A stretch of DNA of 63,191 bases, counting the filler, from Asterionella formosa (lineage: Eukaryota): assembly GCA_002256025.1 (NCBI GenBank). It is 10 parts of 10 records of this genome, joined end to end, with 100 filler letters (N's around TTAATTAATTAA, not from the genome) between each part and the next. Parts side by side here need not be neighbours in the genome. Positions count along the whole stretch, not along the records: positions 60,842 to 61,966 come from NKIB01004161.1; positions 62,067 to 63,191 come from NKIB01004163.1; 8 more parts are not named here. The stretch is one strand, 5' to 3'. The translations under genes and the position numbers were made by a program. Shown piece after piece: positions 61,126 to 63,191 of the stretch; within the stretch, counting starts at the first letter, position 1; each line of letters starts with the position of its first letter. The notes under the pieces are model-generated. The model ran no database searches. It saw only the letters and a list, made by a program, of their open reading frames with translations, and was not told the origin of the DNA.

Positions 61126-62855
61126 GCCATTTTCTGCCGGCGTGTTGGTTGGCTCAATGTTATTGCTATTTATTTGTTTACAACTAACTAATATGGCTAG
61201 GACTTGTTATTTTGCGAAAAAATTTAGCTAATAGTAAATCTGATGGACTGCTACTTGTGTTCTTTTCTCCTGTTTCACTTGTTGTCCTTGCTATCACATC
61301 TTCCTATGGTTTTCTTGAAATAATTGTCATGAATTCATCCACTGCCTAGCCTTCTTTGAACAAGCAATCCTACTTCTGCTGCTCTCTTCTTTTATTGCAC
61401 TGGTTGCTGCATTGCTAGCTTGTTCATTGCCATTTCTACCTCCTAGTAGCACATTCCACTTTTTGCCCTTGCTTTTTTCATTTTTCATAGTGAGTGTCCG
61501 GTATAGTATTTTTATGGTACCTGGTACCAGCTACCAGGTAGTATGTCGTATGTGTAGAGTCCTTTAGGTGTTTGGAACTCGCCGTGTTTGAACACCTGTA
61601 CGTATGTTCAACTGCCTCTACCGGTATATTCATTATGTACCATCTGTACCAAACCAAGGCGGCCCCAAAATTCTGTCATTGATATCATTTGATCATTTCA
61701 TCCAATCGCTTCGCTTTTGTTTGTTGCTGTTGCTTCCTTGTTTGTTTCTATTGTCTCTTCCTTTCAAATCACCCGCCATTCTAGCATGACAATCACAAGC
61801 ACCAAAGTGAATGCCACAGCAGATGCTGCAGATGAAGCCGGAGGAGAATCTATTTACTGTAGTGATGGATTACCACCATTGCCTTGTCCTCCTGTGCCTG
61901 CCTCGGTCGCACGAATGGATAACGAGGAGCTCTTGTTGGATTCAACAACGACGAATGATAGTGCTANNNNNNNNNNNNNNNNNNNNNNNNNNNNNNNNNN
62001 NNNNNNNNNNTTAATTAATTAANNNNNNNNNNNNNNNNNNNNNNNNNNNNNNNNNNNNNNNNNNNNCTTGGTTGGTGGTTATTCTGTTGAGAACAGTAAA
62101 GCGCAGAATGAGCTTACCGGTATTTAGGCTTTGCCACTCGTAATAATGAACATGCACAGCACAATTATTTTATACAACGGATCAATGACAGAAAGCAAAA
62201 CTATTTTGTTGAACACTCGTTATCGCTACCCGTCGTTCCACTCACTCCTTCTACCATTTCAATTACACACACACAACTTTCCAAGTGGTTTCGCTATTTA
62301 GTATGGCTGAGGAGGTTGAGTCTATCTGTGGATATGTAGAGCAATTAAGATTTATGTCATGCAAACATCCATCAACAATGAAAGGCTACCTTCATTGTTC
62401 CGCATTCAACTACCGGTAATAATAATATCACAGCAGCATCAAAAAGTCGCTCATGTCTACGCTAATATATAGGGGTATTCCTACTGGTATTGTTACACTT
62501 TTATTTGTAGCGGTAAAGGTTACCTAAGCATAGCCTACCAGGTATGTGGTCAAAGTAAATCAACAGTACCAGGTAGGAAGGTCCGGCTGCGCACGTTATA
62601 TGCGCACCTTTTTAGTTTCGACGCACTCCCAAGGGATCGTCTCATGCCTGCCAGACGAGATAGGCCAGCTTTAAATGAAAATAAAGTAATTCAGGAAAAC
62701 ATTACTCTTATTGACTGATGATGGGGATTTGCAGAGTGAGTCTCTGAACACGGATGGGATTTGCTGACTGATGAACAGGTTCAGCAAACCGTCTTCTAGC
62801 TTTGGAATCCACATAGGAATACTACCTTTCTATATGATTTAGAACTTTGACAATG

Positions 62856-62951
62856 ACTAGAATATGCTGAATAAGAATAGAATTTGCTGACAAGGACTAG
62901 GATTTGCTGACAAGGACTAGGATTTGCTGACAAGGACTAGAATTTGCTGAC
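62856..62951. repeat. 20-bp minisatellite GACTAG(A/G)ATTTGCTGACAAG, ~5 copies
   Basis: Head-to-tail copies without spacers. Confidence 0.9.
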
Positions 62952-62952
62952 T

Positions 62953-63191
62953 ACATCTAAGGCGCGAAATACGCCGCCCACTTTTCGAAATTTCGTCTAC
63001 ATAGTACGAGTGTTAATTATGTGGTACTTCACATGCATTAATGCCACTCTTCACGTAAAAAACATTACTTTTAACGGTTTCATGTGAAGTTTTAACTGTT
63101 TCATGTGAAGTTTTCACAATGAATTTTGAACGCGAGACTGAATTAGTTGATGTTTCAAATAATTCATTTGAAAGTTCAACTAAGATCCTGC
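62953..63191 (+). repeat. Dispersed repeat, copy of 17218-17427
   Basis: Co-linear high identity. This copy has an extra GTA at ~63004 and a duplicated TTTTAAC.GTTTCATGTGAAG. Confidence 0.92.

Noticed and set aside
1129..62066. Recurrent TTAATTAATTAA palindrome in N runs as a biological repeat
   Set aside because: It is an identical 100-bp six-frame-stop linker, i.e. a concatenation artefact. Gene neighbourhoods across linkers are meaningless.
62856..62951. 20-bp repeats as a CRISPR array
   Set aside because: No spacers, no cas genes and a eukaryotic context. It is a minisatellite.

Overview
This is eukaryotic nuclear DNA, almost certainly from a diatom: it has GT-AG introns, a bipartite ASAFAP-type plastid presequence on DapA and a diatom-type 5.8S/ITS1. 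The window is not one locus. It is ten unrelated contigs joined by 100-bp artificial N44-TTAATTAATTAA-N44 linkers (three contigs of ~18.1 kb, seven of ~1.13 kb), plus one 495-N scaffold gap. Intact host genes are plastid DapA, a LysM protein, phosphomevalonate kinase, a protein kinase, a CoqF-like flavin monooxygenase, a BFR1-like coiled-coil protein, Timeless/Tof1, an EEF1AKMT4-like methyltransferase, cystinosin and several hypotheticals. RNA genes are 18S(3')-ITS1-5.8S-ITS2 and tRNA-Gly(TCC). Transposon debris is abundant: Ty3/Gypsy, two Ty1/Copia pieces, an RNase H-bearing non-LTR element, a Plavaka/CACTA-like DNA transposon and MITEs. Four signals stand out. (1) Non-coding DNA on nearly every contig is saturated with TA-CCGG-TA, TA-CCWGG-TA and TA-CCAG-TA motifs and arrays; these match the TA-flanked CC(A/G)G ends of a ~90-bp MITE found here and may be cumulative Tc1/mariner-type excision footprints. 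(2) A decayed ~7.6-kb Plavaka-like region appears to carry a GNAT-like, Cys-rich cargo gene. (3) A 306-bp tandem repeat encodes an uninterrupted 102-aa acidic repeat protein that the ORF track missed. (4) A Copia element has a candidate primer-binding site complementary to a tRNA T-arm. All family assignments come from motif recognition by eye; no searches were run.
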